A DNA stretch of 64,000 bases, from positions 128,001-192,000 of the forward strand of contig CAWCPV010000009.1 in assembly GCA_963797555.1 (NCBI GenBank), read 5' to 3'. The translations under genes were made by a program, and so were the position numbers. The DNA comes from an uncultured Gammaproteobacteria bacterium (GTDB lineage Bacteria; Pseudomonadota; Gammaproteobacteria; CAWCPV01). Of this stretch, positions 41,784-51,642 are shown one piece after another (within the stretch, counting starts at the first letter, position 1; every line of letters begins with the position of its first letter). The notes beneath the pieces are model-generated. The model did not search any database. It was not told the origin of the DNA and worked only from the letters and a program-made list of their open reading frames with translations.

Positions 41784-43550
41784 ATGATGAGCCCAGAGAC
41801 ATCCCTCACCGTTGCGCAACCGAGATCACCGCGGCACCGGGCTCCATTCGAGCCGGGGTCGAGGCGCGAAGAAGCCAGCCGGTACCTCTATATCGCAGTG
41901 CTCGCGCTACCGCTCGTCATTGCCCTGCGCGTGTTGTACGCCTTCACGCACCACGTAAACGGTGACGAGCTGCAGCACTTGCACGTGGTATGGGGGTGGA
42001 CTCAGGGGCTACTCCAGTATCGCGACGTCTTCGACAATCACACCCCCCTGTTCCATCTGCTGATGGCCCCTCTGCTCGCGGCTCTCGGAGAACGGCCAGA
42101 CATTCTAATCCCCATGCGCTTGGTCATGGTCCCGCTGTTCCTGGGCACGCTCGCGAGCACCTACTGGATCGGTCGGACGCTGTTCTCCCGCTCGACCGGG
42201 GTGTGGGCCGCGGTCCTGACCGGGCTGTTTCCCCTGTTCTTCCTCACCACGGTCGAGTTCCGGCCGGACGACTTGTGGATGGCTCTGTGGGTGCTGGCGC
42301 TCGCGATCTTGGTCACGGGGCCTGGAAGCCACCGCAAGGCCTGGGTCGTCGGGCTCGTGCTCGGCGCCGCGGTCAGCGTCTCCATGAAGACAGTCGCATT
42401 GATCGCCGCTCTGGGGCTCGCAGGCGCCTGGACACTGTTTCTGGAGTCTCGGCGCAAGCGGACACCGGTGCGGCGCCTCGGGAGCTACCTCCTCAGCGGC
42501 GCCGCGGGATTTCTGCTGATCCCCGGGGTGCTGGTATCGGTCTTCGCATCCCAGAAAGACCTGGGAGCCATGTACTACGGGGTCATCCAGCACAACCTCG
42601 TCCCGAATCTCGGCCGATGGACCGAGGGGTATCGCGAGCAGGCATTCCTGGTCTTGGCGCTTCCTCTCCTGGGCTGGGGCGCACTATGGCTTCACCGAAC
42701 CACGACCGAGCAGCTTCGGGTGGCGAGGGTGCTCGTCTTTCTCACCGCCGCTCTCTCGGGGGCGGTCATGTACGCCTTCTGGCCTCTGCTGACGCCACAG
42801 GATGTCCTCCCCACCGCGCCGGTGGCGATGATCTTCGTCGCGGCGGCCGCCACTCACTTGGGAGAAGCCTGGGCTGGGCGCCCACGGCCATATGCGGCCG
42901 ACCGTCGGCGGGCGGCTCTCTTAGTACCGCTAGCCCTCGCGACGGTCGAATCGGTGTCGTTGCTGCGGCACGAGCCGCCCCTCCAAAACCGCACCGCCCA
43001 AACCGCGGAGACGCTGCACGAGGTGCTGGAGATCACCCGGCCGGGCGACTTCGTCATGGACCGCAAGGGCGAGACGATCTTTCGCAGGAGGCCTTTTTAC
43101 TTCGCGCTCGAGACCATCACGCGCTTCCGCATGAGCCACGGCCTTATCCGGGACACGATCCCGGAGGATCTGGTCGCGACGCGGACATGCGTGGCAACCC
43201 CCGATGACTGGGTGTTTCCCACGGACGCCCGGCGCTTCCTGCGCGAAAATTACCTGGCTGTGGGCCAACTGCGGGTGGTCGGCAAACTGCTAGCGGCCGA
43301 CAAGAGCAGCAGCGCTATTCCCTTCGATCTAGTCATCCCGGCACGGTACGAGATCGTGGCACCTTCTGGCCCGGAAAGAGGAGGTTGGCTGGACGGCAAG
43401 CCTTACCTCGGTCCGCTCTCCCTAACTCCGGGCCACCACGTGTTTCGACCCCCGCCTGGCACCACGGGCCCGTTAGCCGTGGTCTGGGCCAGGGCCTTCG
43501 ACCGCGGCCTGTCCCCATTCTCGCCCGGCCCGTCGCGGTCGCGCTCATGA
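41784..43550 (+). CDS. GT-C fold membrane glycosyltransferase (ArnT/PMT-like)
   Basis: DELQHLH..W..G...YRDVFDNHTP first periplasmic loop, EFRPD motif and many TM segments. Confidence 0.75.
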   Translation: MMSPETSLTVAQPRSPRHRAPFEPGSRREEASRYLYIAVLALPLVIALRVLYAFTHHVNGDELQHLHVVWGWTQGLLQYRDVFDNHTPLFHLLMAPLLAALGERPDILIPMRLVMVPLFLGTLASTYWIGRTLFSRSTGVWAAVLTGLFPLFFLTTVEFRPDDLWMALWVLALAILVTGPGSHRKAWVVGLVLGAAVSVSMKTVALIAALGLAGAWTLFLESRRKRTPVRRLGSYLLSGAAGFLLIPGVLVSVFASQKDLGAMYYGVIQHNLVPNLGRWTEGYREQAFLVLALPLLGWGALWLHRTTTEQLRVARVLVFLTAALSGAVMYAFWPLLTPQDVLPTAPVAMIFVAAAATHLGEAWAGRPRPYAADRRRAALLVPLALATVESVSLLRHEPPLQNRTAQTAETLHEVLEITRPGDFVMDRKGETIFRRRPFYFALETITRFRMSHGLIRDTIPEDLVATRTCVATPDDWVFPTDARRFLRENYLAVGQLRVVGKLLAADKSSSAIPFDLVIPARYEIVAPSGPERGGWLDGKPYLGPLSLTPGHHVFRPPPGTTGPLAVVWARAFDRGLSPFSPGPSRSRS

Positions 43551-45349
43551 ACGCGGCGGGCGATCTCACGGAGTCGGACCGTGTCCTCGTGGTAGCCGTT
43601 CACCCCGATGATGAAACGCTGGGGGCGGGGGGCCTGATACAGCGGGCCCGGGGCGGGGGTGCCGCACTTCGCATCGTCTTCGTCACGGACGGGGACGACA
43701 ATCCGTGGCCGCAGCGCTTCCTGGAAAGGCGCTGGAGGATCGGGCGGGCCGAGCGCGCCCGGTGGGGTCGCCGTCGACGTCAAGAGGCTATCGCGGCCTT
43801 GCGCTGCCTCGGCGTCGAGTCCGGCCAGGCGATCTTCTTGGGATTTCGGGATCAGGGACTGACCCAGGCCCTCCTTCGAGCGGATGGCGGGGTCATCGCT
43901 GCGTTTAGGAAGCACATCGTGGACTGGCATCCAACCGTGCTCGTGGTGCCGTCCAAGCTGGATCTGCACCCTGACCACAGCGCCTGCGCAGTGCTCGTCG
44001 ATCTCGCCCTCGGCCCCCGCCCGGAGTCTACGCCCCCGCCCGTCCGATTCGGCTACCGGGTGCACGGCCATCAACAGAATGGCCCCGATGGGGCCCGGCT
44101 CCAGCTCGCGTTGACGCCGGACGAGGCGAGACGCAAGCGCGCGGCAATCCTCTGCTACACAAGCCAGACGACCCTCAGCCGCAGACGGTTCCTGGCATTC
44201 GCCGGGAGCTGGGAGAAATTCCTCACCGACGAGGAGCCCTCCGATCATCCTGTCCGGCGCGTCTGCCTGTGCGGGGACGACCTTCGGGTTCACATCCGTC
44301 GCACGGGAGGCGGTAACCCTTTCGGCCGGGCCAGCTTGTACGTCGTATCGGAACACTCGGATTCGAGCACCGGCATCGCCAGCGCCGTCCCGAGAATGTC
44401 CTCCGAGAGTCTCGTCCGGGACTGCTCCACCGGGGTCACGGTCGGCAAGGCCAAACGCCGCGGGAGCCCTCTCAATGGAGAGATCCGCCTGCCTGCTGCC
44501 GTGGTCGCGGATGCGACGCGCGCGTTCATCAAGCTGGAGCACCGGTCGGTGTTCTTCGATACAGCGGGCTGGCGTCTCGTTACCCTCCGCCGGCCGAGCT
44601 TCTACGCAAGCCCCGACCGGGGCAGGGTGGTCTGCGTCGTTCCCTGCTACAACGTAGCGACGCTGTGCGGAGGGGTCCTACGGGAGACGGTGGGCTTCGC
44701 GGAGCACGTAGTAGCCGTTGACGATGGCTCCACGGACCAGACCGCAGCCGTCCTGCGACAGGTGCAGGAGGAGTATCCAGGCCGAATGACCGTGCTCGGT
44801 TTGGGCAGCAATCGGGGTAAGGGCTTCGCGTTGCTGGCGGGATTCAAGCACGCCCTGCAGCACCTCTCATTCGATGCGCTAGTGACCCTGGACGGTGACG
44901 GTCAACATCTCCCGTGCGACATCCCCGACCTGTCCCGCCTGGTGGCCGCCGGGGCCGACATAGCCATAGGCGAGCGGTGTTTCAAGCTCATGCCCCTGCG
45001 CAGCCGGCTCGGCAATAGCCTGACCAGTGCCCTCGTCCGTCGCACCTACGCGGGCGCCCCAGTGGACACGCAGTCGGGCCTGAGGGCCTTCAGCCGAAAC
45101 TTCGTCGAGGAGGTCGTGTGCCGCGTCCCGGGGAGCCGGTACGAAATGGAGCTCCACTGTCTGCTCCTCGCCCTGAGCCAGCAACGACCGACAGCCAGGA
45201 TGCCGATCTCGACTATCTACCTCGACCACAACCGCTCTTCCCAATTCCAGGCGATTCGTGATTCCTGGCGCATCTTCAGGGCATTCCTTGCCTGGCTTCG
45301 AGGAGATGTGAAGCGCGCGCGCCCGGCAGCCACCGGGCGAGCCCGTTGA
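43547..45349 (+). CDS. PIG-L deacetylase plus GT2 (polyprenol-phosphate glycosyltransferase-like) fusion
   Basis: HPDDETLG, TDGD and DLHPDH motifs; then VVPCYN, VDDGSTD, NRGKG, LDGDGQH and DTQSGLR; ATGA overlap with the upstream gene. Confidence 0.88.
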   Translation: MNAAGDLTESDRVLVVAVHPDDETLGAGGLIQRARGGGAALRIVFVTDGDDNPWPQRFLERRWRIGRAERARWGRRRRQEAIAALRCLGVESGQAIFLGFRDQGLTQALLRADGGVIAAFRKHIVDWHPTVLVVPSKLDLHPDHSACAVLVDLALGPRPESTPPPVRFGYRVHGHQQNGPDGARLQLALTPDEARRKRAAILCYTSQTTLSRRRFLAFAGSWEKFLTDEEPSDHPVRRVCLCGDDLRVHIRRTGGGNPFGRASLYVVSEHSDSSTGIASAVPRMSSESLVRDCSTGVTVGKAKRRGSPLNGEIRLPAAVVADATRAFIKLEHRSVFFDTAGWRLVTLRRPSFYASPDRGRVVCVVPCYNVATLCGGVLRETVGFAEHVVAVDDGSTDQTAAVLRQVQEEYPGRMTVLGLGSNRGKGFALLAGFKHALQHLSFDALVTLDGDGQHLPCDIPDLSRLVAAGADIAIGERCFKLMPLRSRLGNSLTSALVRRTYAGAPVDTQSGLRAFSRNFVEEVVCRVPGSRYEMELHCLLLALSQQRPTARMPISTIYLDHNRSSQFQAIRDSWRIFRAFLAWLRGDVKRARPAATGRAR

Positions 45350-45847
45350 GCTGAAGCGTACGCGCGCCGAGCGGTCCGTTAAGGACGCAGCCGGCCTGGC
45401 TGCGAAATCAGGACTCTCATGCTCGATCTGTAGGTCGTGGGGTCTGCGCCCGCCTCTAGCTGGACCGACCCACCCTACAGGTGCGTCGTGGGAGCCGGTT
45501 TTCCGGCGGATCAAGGCGCGCTTCCGTCGAAGAGCGCGGTACGGGGAGACCGTTACGCTACGTTGGGTGGGAGCCAGAGGCGGGTGACCGCCTCCGGCGA
45601 CCTGGTGAGTGACTTCCGCGATCCCGTCACCCGGACGCGATGGGACGAGAGCTGAGGGGCTTCATGCGATACGTGGGGAAGAACTGCAGAAGGCCATTGC
45701 GGCCGCGGTGCGCCATTCCAGCCGCGCTGCGGTAGACTGCTGCCATCGACAGCCAGGAGTGCCGCGAAGCCTCCCGGGTGGTTGAGTCGCCGAGGGGACA
45801 GGACGGCGTTCCGGAACGACCCGGCGCGCATATTGGAGGGTGCGGAG

Positions 45848-46231
45848 ATGAAGCCGAAGAAGACGGGTATCGACAGCAGCAGACTGGAACGGGTCGTCGC
45901 GGAGGCCCGCAAGAGCCGAGAGGAGCGCGAGCGCGGCTACCGGGAGCAGGCGCTCAAACTCTACCCTTGGGTATGCGGGCGCTGCCGCCGCGAGTTCACC
46001 CTGGCGAACGTGCAGGAGCTGACAGTCCACCACAGAGATCACGACCACGACAACAACCCGCCGGACGGCAGCAACTGGGAGCTGCTCTGCGTCTACTGCC
46101 ACGATAACGAGCACCAGCGCCACCTGGAGCAGGTGCGCGGCGGCGGTGCCTCGGTAGGCGGAGGACGCCCGGGCCCGGTGACACATCGGCCCTTCGCCAA
46201 CCTCAAGGACCTGCTCAAAGGAGGTCAGTAG
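45848..46231 (+). CDS. yajD: YajD-family HNH nuclease
   Basis: YREQALKLYPWVCGRC..LTVHHRDHDHDNNP.DGSNWELLCVYCHDNEH. Confidence 0.92.
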   Translation: MKPKKTGIDSSRLERVVAEARKSREERERGYREQALKLYPWVCGRCRREFTLANVQELTVHHRDHDHDNNPPDGSNWELLCVYCHDNEHQRHLEQVRGGGASVGGGRPGPVTHRPFANLKDLLKGGQ

Positions 46232-46545
46232 CGGGACGAATAGGCGCCGGGGCGGGCGGCGCAGCGGCCCGGGGTCCTGACTGGGCTATCGGCACGGTCT
46301 ATTCACAAGCTCTCGGGTGTTCTGGTCCGCGTATGTGGTCAAGGGGGGCGCGGAACTCCGGTGTCGGAGCACCTTCCAGCCAGCCGCATCAGCGCTTTCT
46401 CCGGCTCCCTTCCGCATCGGCCTATACCGTGGGCCGGGGCAGTCACGCCGCTTGCTGCCTGCGTGCTTGACGGACAAATCGCTTCAAGATTACCCTTTAA
46501 CATTGTGATAAAAAGAGCTAAAGTCATGCTGAGTGTGAAGGTCTC

Positions 46546-47184
46546 ATGTCCTGGGGGTCGGCTGTGACTGTGCGATACGTGACACGCGTCTGGATCCTGA
46601 TGCCGCTAGTGTTCGCAACTGGCTGCGCCTCGCAGGCCGCATCTACGGTGCATCCCATGCCGCCGCCGACCACAGACATTCGGCTGCGACAGGTTGCGGG
46701 CGTTCCCGATGGGCCACTGGCGCTGGCCGTCTTCAAGCAGAAGAGGCAGCTCGTGGTGCTTCGGCACGGGATACCGGAGCGCACCTTCTACGTCTACCTC
46801 GGCTCGAACCCCAGCGGCCCCAAGATTTGGAAAGGGGATAACCGAACCCCAGAGGGGATCTACCGCGTATGTCAAATCAAGCCCAGCCGCTTTAAGACGT
46901 TCCTGTGGCTCTCCTATCCCAATGAAGCGGACGCCAGAAAGGCGCTGGAAGCGGGCCAGATCACCTTCGGTGAGTATCAGCGCATCGTGCAGGCCCAGGA
47001 GGATGGTCAGTGTCCGCCAGCGGACACGCCGCTGGGTGGTCTGGTAGGGATCCACGGCGACTATGCGGACCCGCCGCGCCGCTACGATTGGACCGAGGGT
47101 TGCATCGCCCTCCCCGGTGACGCTGAGTTGGAGCAACTGGTGAGTCTCGTACACGCTGGCACGCCGGTAGTCATCTTTCCGTAG
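46546..47184 (+). CDS. L,D-transpeptidase (YkuD) family lipoprotein; start uncertain
   Basis: GDNRTPEG.Y, LSYPN and GIHG...WTEGCIAL motifs; lipobox ATGC. Confidence 0.88.
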   Translation: MSWGSAVTVRYVTRVWILMPLVFATGCASQAASTVHPMPPPTTDIRLRQVAGVPDGPLALAVFKQKRQLVVLRHGIPERTFYVYLGSNPSGPKIWKGDNRTPEGIYRVCQIKPSRFKTFLWLSYPNEADARKALEAGQITFGEYQRIVQAQEDGQCPPADTPLGGLVGIHGDYADPPRRYDWTEGCIALPGDAELEQLVSLVHAGTPVVIFP

Positions 47185-47322
47185 GGGACGGGGTTGGTGC
47201 CGCCGCGCTGAACTCGCCCGCACGAGGCCGCCGCTTCCGGGCCACAGGGGCTCCGAGTCGCGGGACGCTGCTGCCGCTAGAAGAGTCCCAGCGTCATCCA
47301 GGTGTCGCTCCGGGTCCGGTAG

Positions 47323-48273
47323 TCAGCCTGGGCGCTCTAGCCCGCTGTCGCCAGCCGCCATCTTCTCGGCCAGACGCTCTTCCATCAGGCGCGCCGTATG
47401 CACCCCCATGCTCTTCAGCTTCTGGTTGAGGGCCGCAATCTCTACCAGGGTGCTGGCGCTGCGTCCGGGCCTCACGGGGATGGTTACGTGGGGTATCGCC
47501 ACGTCCAATATGCTCATGGTCTCCTCGGTTAACCCGGTGCGGTCGTACTCCGTGCCGTCGTCCCAGTCGACCAGAGTGATGGCCATTGAGACGCGCTTCT
47601 CGTGGCGGATTGCGGTCACGCCAAACAGCCGGCTGACGTCGATGATCCCCAGGCCTCGCGCCTCCATGTGGTAAGGCAGCAGCTCCGAGCCCCGTCCGAT
47701 CAGGACGGAATCGCTGAGACACTGGATGGTGACCACGTCGTCGGCCACCAGGTGGAATCCCCGGCGGATCAGCTCCAGCCCGCACTCGCTCTTGCCCACG
47801 CTGCTCTTGCCCAGGATCAAGACCCCCATGTCGTGCAGATCCATGAGCACGCCGTGCACCGTGGTTTCTGGGGCGAACTCCGACTCCAGGTTTTCCCACA
47901 GCCGTTTGTAAAGCTTGGTGGTGCTGTGCGGGCAGGTGAGGACCGGGATTCCGGCCTCGTTGGCCCGCTCGCGCATGGGCAGCGGAGGCTCGTGCCCGTT
48001 CGTGACGATGGCGCAGGGCACGTCGTTGGCCACGATCCGCGCCAGGTTGTCGCACAGCTCCGCGTCTCGGGCGTTGGTCTCGATGTAGGCAACCTCGCCG
48101 TTGCCGAAGATCTGGATCCGTTCGGAGCGAAACGCCGCGAAATAGCCCGTGAGCTCCAGGGCTGGCCGATTGAGCTCTGCAGTGGTGATGGGACGATCGA
48201 GGCCGGACTCTCCGGCCCCCACGCGGAGGCCCAGCATGGGGTCTTGCAGCAGTTTGCGAACCGTGATCTCCAT
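47323..48273 (-). CDS. hprK: HPr(Ser) kinase/phosphorylase
   Basis: RPALELTGY, RIQIFG, HGVL, GKSSVGKSE, LVADD, MEARGLGII and IPVRPGR motifs. Confidence 0.95.
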   Translation of the reverse strand: MEITVRKLLQDPMLGLRVGAGESGLDRPITTAELNRPALELTGYFAAFRSERIQIFGNGEVAYIETNARDAELCDNLARIVANDVPCAIVTNGHEPPLPMRERANEAGIPVLTCPHSTTKLYKRLWENLESEFAPETTVHGVLMDLHDMGVLILGKSSVGKSECGLELIRRGFHLVADDVVTIQCLSDSVLIGRGSELLPYHMEARGLGIIDVSRLFGVTAIRHEKRVSMAITLVDWDDGTEYDRTGLTEETMSILDVAIPHVTIPVRPGRSASTLVEIAALNQKLKSMGVHTARLMEERLAEKMAAGDSGLERPG

Positions 48274-48411
48274 GACGGTGGACCTCAGCGCGAGCGAGAA
48301 TGGCTATGAATATTGTGAAGGAGCGTCAAGGACGCCCGAGCGCCCCGTGCGGGCGGCCAGCAGCGAAGCGCTGCCACCCGGGTGCGTGCCGTCGGAGACG
48401 TCCAGCAGTAC

Positions 48412-49017
48412 TCAACGATGCAGATTCCGCACGTGGCGCCAGACGTAAGCGGCAACCAGTAGGGCGGCGACCACGGCGAGCGCGGTGTCGTATTCGTGGA
48501 AGTAGGGGCCGATGGTTTGCCAGTTCTTCCCCAGCCGCTCGCCCACATAAGCCAGGGCAAAGCACCAGATGATCGAGCCGACGAATGTGTACCCGATGAA
48601 GCGGCCCATATGCATCCGGGCCAGCCCAGCCGGGAAGGCGATGAAGGTGCGTACCACCGGCAGCAGGCGACCGCCGAAGATGATGCCCTCTCCGTAGTGT
48701 GCGAAAGCGCGGTCCGCCAGATCCATGTCGTGTCGCGAAACGAGCAGGTACTTGCCATACCGTTCGACCGCAGGGCGACCGCCGTACATGCCCAGGTAAT
48801 ACGCCGGCACCGAACCGAGGACGCAGCCCAGTGCCCCCGCGACCGAAACGCCCCATAGGGACATCTCTCCGCGGGATACCAGGTACCCCGAGAACGGCAT
48901 GATGATCTCCGAAGGCAGGGGGATGCAGGCGCTCTCGATGGCCATCAGCAGCACGATCCCCGGATAGCCCATAGAGGAGATGACGTGCGTGATCCACTGT
49001 GCGACGGCTTCGATCAT
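48412..49017 (-). CDS. dedA: DedA-family membrane protein
   Basis: ESACIPLPSE, YGGRP and GRLLPVVRTFIAFPAG motifs. Confidence 0.92.
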   Translation of the reverse strand: MIEAVAQWITHVISSMGYPGIVLLMAIESACIPLPSEIIMPFSGYLVSRGEMSLWGVSVAGALGCVLGSVPAYYLGMYGGRPAVERYGKYLLVSRHDMDLADRAFAHYGEGIIFGGRLLPVVRTFIAFPAGLARMHMGRFIGYTFVGSIIWCFALAYVGERLGKNWQTIGPYFHEYDTALAVVAALLVAAYVWRHVRNLHR

Positions 49018-49020
49018 GTG

Positions 49021-49818
49021 TCACCAGAAGTAAGCGAGGACGATAGCGCCTAAAACGATGCGGTACCAGCCGAAGACGACGAACGTGTGGTCGGAGATAT
49101 AGCGCAACAGCCCCCTCACTGCAGCGAGGGCGCTGACGAAGGCCATGAAGAAGCCCGCTGCGAAGATGCCGAAGTCGGGGGCATGGAGCAAGCCCCAGTT
49201 CTCGTAGAGATCGAAGAAGGTCGCGGCGAACATCACCGGGATCGCCAGGAAGAAGGAAAACTCTGTGGCGGTCTTGCGGGACAAGCCGAACACGAGGCCC
49301 CCCATGATCGTGGCCCCGGCACGCGAGGTGCCGGGGATGAGGGAGAGGCACTGGGCGAGCCCCACCTTCAGGGCCACCTTCCAGCTCATGTCGTCCACGT
49401 GGTGAATGCGGGCGAGACCGATGCTCTTCTCGATAAAAACGATAACAATGCCGCCAACCACGAGCGCCACCGCCACGGTGACGGGACTGAAGAGGTAGGC
49501 CGTGATGGCGTGGTGGAAGAGCAGTCCGATGACGGCGGCTGGCAAGAACGCTACGAACAGGTTCAGGACGAAGCGTCGGGCCGCAGGGTTGGCGAGCAGG
49601 CCGCGTACGACCTCGGTGATCTTTGCCCTATATTCCCAGCAGACCGCCAGTATGGCGCCGAGTTGGATGACGATTTCGAAGACCTTGGCCTTGTCGTCTT
49701 TGAAGTCCAGCAGGTCGCCTACGATGATGAGGTGGCCGGTGCTGGAGATGGGCAGGAATTCGGTGATGCCTTCGACCACTCCGAGCAGCAGTGCCTTCAG
49801 GTAGAGCAACGAGTCCAT
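49021..49818 (-). CDS. uppP: Undecaprenyl-diphosphate phosphatase
   Basis: [40 protein letters not shown] and FGWYRI motifs. Confidence 0.96.
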   Translation of the reverse strand: MDSLLYLKALLLGVVEGITEFLPISSTGHLIIVGDLLDFKDDKAKVFEIVIQLGAILAVCWEYRAKITEVVRGLLANPAARRFVLNLFVAFLPAAVIGLLFHHAITAYLFSPVTVAVALVVGGIVIVFIEKSIGLARIHHVDDMSWKVALKVGLAQCLSLIPGTSRAGATIMGGLVFGLSRKTATEFSFFLAIPVMFAATFFDLYENWGLLHAPDFGIFAAGFFMAFVSALAAVRGLLRYISDHTFVVFGWYRIVLGAIVLAYFW

Positions 49819-50071
49819 TGGATCCTTCCTCTAGTTATCTAGTTAATCTGATACGTCAATCGCCTGTGGACCGGAGAGAACTTTACGGCTGCTTCGCCTT
49901 CGAGCCTTCATACAGGGTGCGCTGGGGTGCGTGACAGGCGCCTTTCGATGCGGGCCTTCGGCCGGGCGGATTCGGCATCAAGGGGCTTCTCCCCGCGGCT
50001 CTGGAGGAGGATTGCCGGCTGGCATCGTCGCGAGTCCGCCTGCGCGGCCGTGGTCGGCGCCGTGGTTGGAC

Positions 50072-50924
50072 TCACGGATCTCCAGTGCCCACCAGGGTCA
50101 GGAAATCCTCCGGCGGCACCGTGCCCTCGTAGCGCACCGACGCCGAGCCCCATGCCACGGCGGTCCCGAGCGCGCTCCGCATGTCCCGGCCGGCCGCCAA
50201 CGCGTGCACCAGGCCGGCGGCGAACACGTCTCCCGCTCCGGTACTGTCCGCCGCCCGGACCACAGAGGCTTTCTCTTCCAGGCGTATGCCGTCGCCATAC
50301 GCTGCGGCTCCTTCGGGCCCGCGGGTGACGACGGTCCACTCCAAGAGCGTCGCCTGCGACATGGCGACCGGCTGCATAAGGATCGGCGAGAAACGCCGCG
50401 CCCAAGTCGGAGACGGACCCCACCAGCACCCGGGCGGGGCGCGATCCGCCATCCACCGGCGGTACATGCGCCACCACCAGTCCGGTTCGGACTCGCTGTG
50501 CCAGCAGCGGCGTCAGTGCCGGGTCGGCGCTGCGCACATACCAGCAGTCGGTTGACACGTCCCCCAGATTTGGAGGAAGGGCCACGGCTGCGCGGGCCAG
50601 ATTGATCACGGTGCGCTCGCCGCCAGCTTCCAGCAGGATCAGGGAGCGGGTAGTCTCTCCGGCGTGGCGGCGGACCAGGCTTACGTCCACCCCGAGATCG
50701 GCCAGCATTGCGACCAGCCGCTTTCCGTCGGCGTCCTCTCCCACGGCGCTCACCACCGCGGCCGTGTCACCCGCCCTCGCTAGCGCCATGGCGGTGTTGG
50801 CCGCCCCACCTCCGATGCGTTTACCCACCCAGCGCCCGCTGTTGTGCGACCCCACCCGCAACGCCGTATCGAGACGCACGACCTGGTCCCAAGCTACCGA
50901 ACCGACGACGAGCACTCTGGCCAC
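50072..50924 (-). CDS. PfkB-family carbohydrate kinase, frameshift at ~50342
   Basis: GGGAANTAMALARAG, VGEDADG, VTRGPEGA and DSTGAGDVF motifs. Confidence 0.85.
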
Positions 50925-51069
50925 GTTCAGATCTTCCTGCGTGCCCACCTGTCGGGCCAATGAATCCCCCGCCCCGATTACCTGGCTATGCGGCGTGCCG
51001 CCGCTCTCGCTGCGGCACGGGCTTCGCGGGGGATGCATCTCCGGAATGGGCGCCGGCTGGCCCAAGCGC

Positions 51070-51495
51070 TCACTTCTCGGCAAGCTCGACCACCGTCACA
51101 GCGTCCGGGATCTCCCTCAGGTTTCTCGAGACCGGACACTGTTTCATGCGCCCGACGATATAGCTTACGTCACTGGCGGAGGGCGCGCCGGCCTTCAGGT
51201 GCGCGTCGAAATGCACGTGCCGTTTGCGTATGCTCCAGTCCTCCGCCGCGGCCACCTCGATGGAGCCATGCGCGAAGTCCAGTATCAGACCCCGTTGCGC
51301 GGCATTGGTGCGAAGGTAAAGGTGCTGACAACTGAACAAGCCGTACACAAAGACGACAAAACCGGGGGACCGGAGGTTCAGATCCAAGCTGCGCCATTCA
51401 CCGCCCTCCAGGTTTTCCACTCGGAGATCCGCGGGCGCGTTGTCGGGTCCGTGATACCGACAAAAGAGCCTCATCTGAAAAATGCGCTCGCCCAT
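51070..51495 (-). CDS. OsmC-like hypothetical protein
   Basis: Two conserved-looking Cys (LFSCQH, QCPVSRNL) in OsmC-type spacing. Confidence 0.55.
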   Translation of the reverse strand: MGERIFQMRLFCRYHGPDNAPADLRVENLEGGEWRSLDLNLRSPGFVVFVYGLFSCQHLYLRTNAAQRGLILDFAHGSIEVAAAEDWSIRKRHVHFDAHLKAGAPSASDVSYIVGRMKQCPVSRNLREIPDAVTVVELAEK

Positions 51496-51642
51496 GTGAC
51501 CGCCCTCGAAGGGCAACGGAACCACCCTACGCCGCCCGAAAAGCAACCCGAAGGACCCGCTTTGCTGCGAGGGCCGATTATTCTCGAGCCCTCCGATGAC
51601 CCGCGGCTCGGCCGGCCGCACGCGTTTCGCGATCCGCCTCCG

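Noticed and set aside
45848-46231. HNH nuclease as a defence effector or IscB/Cas9-like protein
   Set aside because: It matches the ordinary small YajD family; no RuvC motifs or associated array.
49860-50000. Glycine-riboswitch-like GGAGA..CCGAAGG upstream of uppP
   Set aside because: The conserved CTCTCAGG 3' element is absent and the gene context does not fit.
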